Assembly (NCBI RefSeq): GCF_001194135.2
Contig: NC_068988.1
Span: 70,499,085 to 70,548,998, forward strand
From: Octopus bimaculoides
Taxonomy: Eukaryota
Direction: 5' to 3'
Length of the DNA: 49,914 nt
Shown piece by piece: positions 47,761-49,914 of this stretch; the stretch's first letter is position 1, and each line of letters opens with the position of its first letter. The notes beneath the pieces were generated by a model. It saw nothing but the letters and a program-made list of their open reading frames with translations, was not told the DNA's origin and searched no databases. Both the position numbers and the translations under genes were made by a program.

Positions 47761-48495
47761 TATCAGTTTACGTCATGTTAAAGTGGGTGGATTGAATGGA
47801 GTTAGTGGAATGCTCATTTCATTGTACCATTGATATTCAGCTTCTGCTGTGTTCTTGGTTTGTCAAGGTTACAAAATTTTATTCTTGTGTTGGAAATGAC
47901 TTGATTGTTGAAATACAGAGAAATCTGAAATGTCGAGTGACTAAACTATTCTTTTGCGTCCAAAAAATCTTTTCTAAAGAATGACTATGTTTCAAGAAAG
48001 AATCATGCAAGCGAAGTTTCTTTTCAAAATTCTAGATTGAAATTATAATGGAAAGGTTAGACTTATTATCCACTCGATGTAGTACACACACGTATGCCAG
48101 GAACACATACTGAGGGAGACGGGCCGATGTATGCACACGCACGAAGCGTATACACAAGCAAACACCAATGATGTTGTTCGGTAAATTAAAAACACAATAG
48201 CATGTAATAAGAAGAGTACAGAGTGCACCGAAGTGGTTGATAACTAAGTAAAAGGATTCTTTATAAGGATTCGTTTTCTTACTCAAAATATCGGTTCAAA
48301 AGCAACCAGGATCGATTTCTATATTCATTCTGTGTAAAATAAATGAATTGCAGCATCTGATTGGTTCCGTTATTTATTTTAAATCGCCGCCCCAAAAAGA
48401 TATAATACACTTGATGGAATGAAGGAAATCATAATTTTTGCTCGAATTGTAGATTACTCATGTAAATTCCTAATAAAAATACTAACGAAACGTAC

Positions 48496-48662
48496 AAGGC
48501 GGAGATATGGCAGAACCGTTAGTACGCTGGCTTAGCGGCATTTCGTCCGTTTTTACCGTCTCAGTTCAAATTTCGCCGTGGTTGATTTTACCGTTCGTCT
48601 TTTCGAGGTCCATAAATAAGTACCATCTTTCTAAATCGTTGTCTTTGTCTCAAAATTTTAAA
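48496..48662 (+). mobile_element. SINE family A copy (internally deleted) followed by (TTA)n at 48663-48762
   Basis: aaggcggagatatggcagaaccgttagtacgc..cttagcggcatttcgtccg..gaggtccataaataagtacc..tgtctcaaaattttaaaact. Confidence 0.8.
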
Positions 48663-48701
48663 CTATTATTATTATTGTTGTTATTGTTATTGTTATTATT
48701 A

Positions 48702-48762
<61 letters not shown>

Positions 48763-49056
48763 TAGCATCCTCCTCTCGGCAAAAATGCTGACGGATTTAT
48801 TAATGATAGAAAATGGCACACCAACACAAAGGGGAAAACCATTAATAAACTTCAACAATGTAGTAAATATATGTACAAGGACAAAAGTGAAGAACTTGAA
48901 GAATCAGATACGATTGTAACGTCGCAGTTCAAATTATCACCCACATAATATGCTTGTCTGTGCGTATGTGTGTATGTGTGTGTAAATATATATCATAATT
49001 TCTATCCTACTTACTCATCCCACAACCATACATTTAGATAGGTCGATACGTATATA

Positions 49057-49098
<42 letters not shown>

Positions 49099-49114
49099 TA
49101 TACTGAAATATAAA

Positions 49115-49142
<28 letters not shown>

Positions 49143-49145
<3 letters not shown>

Positions 49146-49914
49146 ATAACACCCATAAGCAGGTGCTTTATCCATTCTCGAGAGTGAATGGAGCCTTGGC
49201 CCAGGAAGAACTGATGTCACCAAAAGGTATCCAACGTCCATTCGATGTTTCGACCTGAACCGTAACACCCTCTCGTTGATGGGTCAGCAAAGGTGGCCAA
49301 GTCTTAATCCAGAGTCAACAAGAGGTTTTTTTCTTTTGCCTCTCCCATTCTGCACACAGATACCCTTCGCTCCTTAACTTTCATTCCAGTAGTTGTAAGC
49401 AGCCTCCATGCCGACTAAGGAGGGAAACCCCTACAGCCAACCTCGACAGGGAAAAGCCATATCTGTTATTACTTCTCCCTGCAATCCTGCAGAAGGCTTT
49501 CATATCTAGCACGCTTCCGTTCATTGGCCTCATCACAACCCTCTTTCCACGGGACTATTAGTTCAATTACGATAATTTATTTGGTCTTTTCAGACAACAG
49601 AACCACATCTGGAGTTAGGGTTGTATGGACAACTATGTAAACCTGCAACCTCTCTTCTAAATCCACTTGCATATCTCATAGTTGAGACCATTGCACGAAC
49701 TTAATTGCTGTTGTTGCTTTCTCTTAGCGATGATGTTACTTAAGCCTTTCATGCTCCAGCCTCTCCCGTGCTTGCTTCACAATGTTGGAGACATTGCTTC
49801 TGTGTGGCAATGACGGGTCAAAAATGTTTCCAAGGCATTAATAAGATTTTCCTCTATTCATGGTTTGGCCTCTCTATGCACTTGCAGCCTGAGATTGTTT
49901 GTAACTTTGCCCCC
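49143..49914 (-). mobile_element. HERO-like RLE LINE 3' part (endonuclease domain plus 3' UTR), continues beyond the window end
   Basis: Minus strand: W..QVDLEERL..TTLTPDVVLLSEKTK..IELIVPWKEGCDEANERKRARYE..SC*LW; 3' end runs into (CA)n (plus-strand (TG)n at ~49115-49142). Confidence 0.85.

Overview
AT-rich eukaryotic (animal) intergenic or intronic DNA, very rich in microsatellites, with six N gaps. The SINE families and repeat content suggest a cephalopod, most likely Octopus (inference from recalled sequence families, not a database search). I find no intact protein-coding, rRNA or tRNA gene and no CRISPR array. The window is a mosaic of decayed mobile elements: RLE-type LINEs (R4/Dong-like, HERO-like), an L1/Tx1-like LINE lacking its endonuclease, two tRNA-derived SINE families, two near-complete mariners, a maT/DD37D and a rosa/DD41D deletion derivative, a MITE, and Helitron pieces. 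Three structures are the most interesting. (1) A ~3.65 kb imperfect inverted duplication (15038-18690) with exon-like splice signals and uneven arm identity. (2) A ~320 bp inverted repeat (21410-21728) carrying a hammerhead-ribozyme catalytic core, as in Penelope-like terminal repeats. (3) Repeated re-insertion of retroelements into microsatellites, into each other's tails, or into earlier target-site duplications. Element boundaries are read by eye and are approximate unless TIRs or TSDs are quoted.
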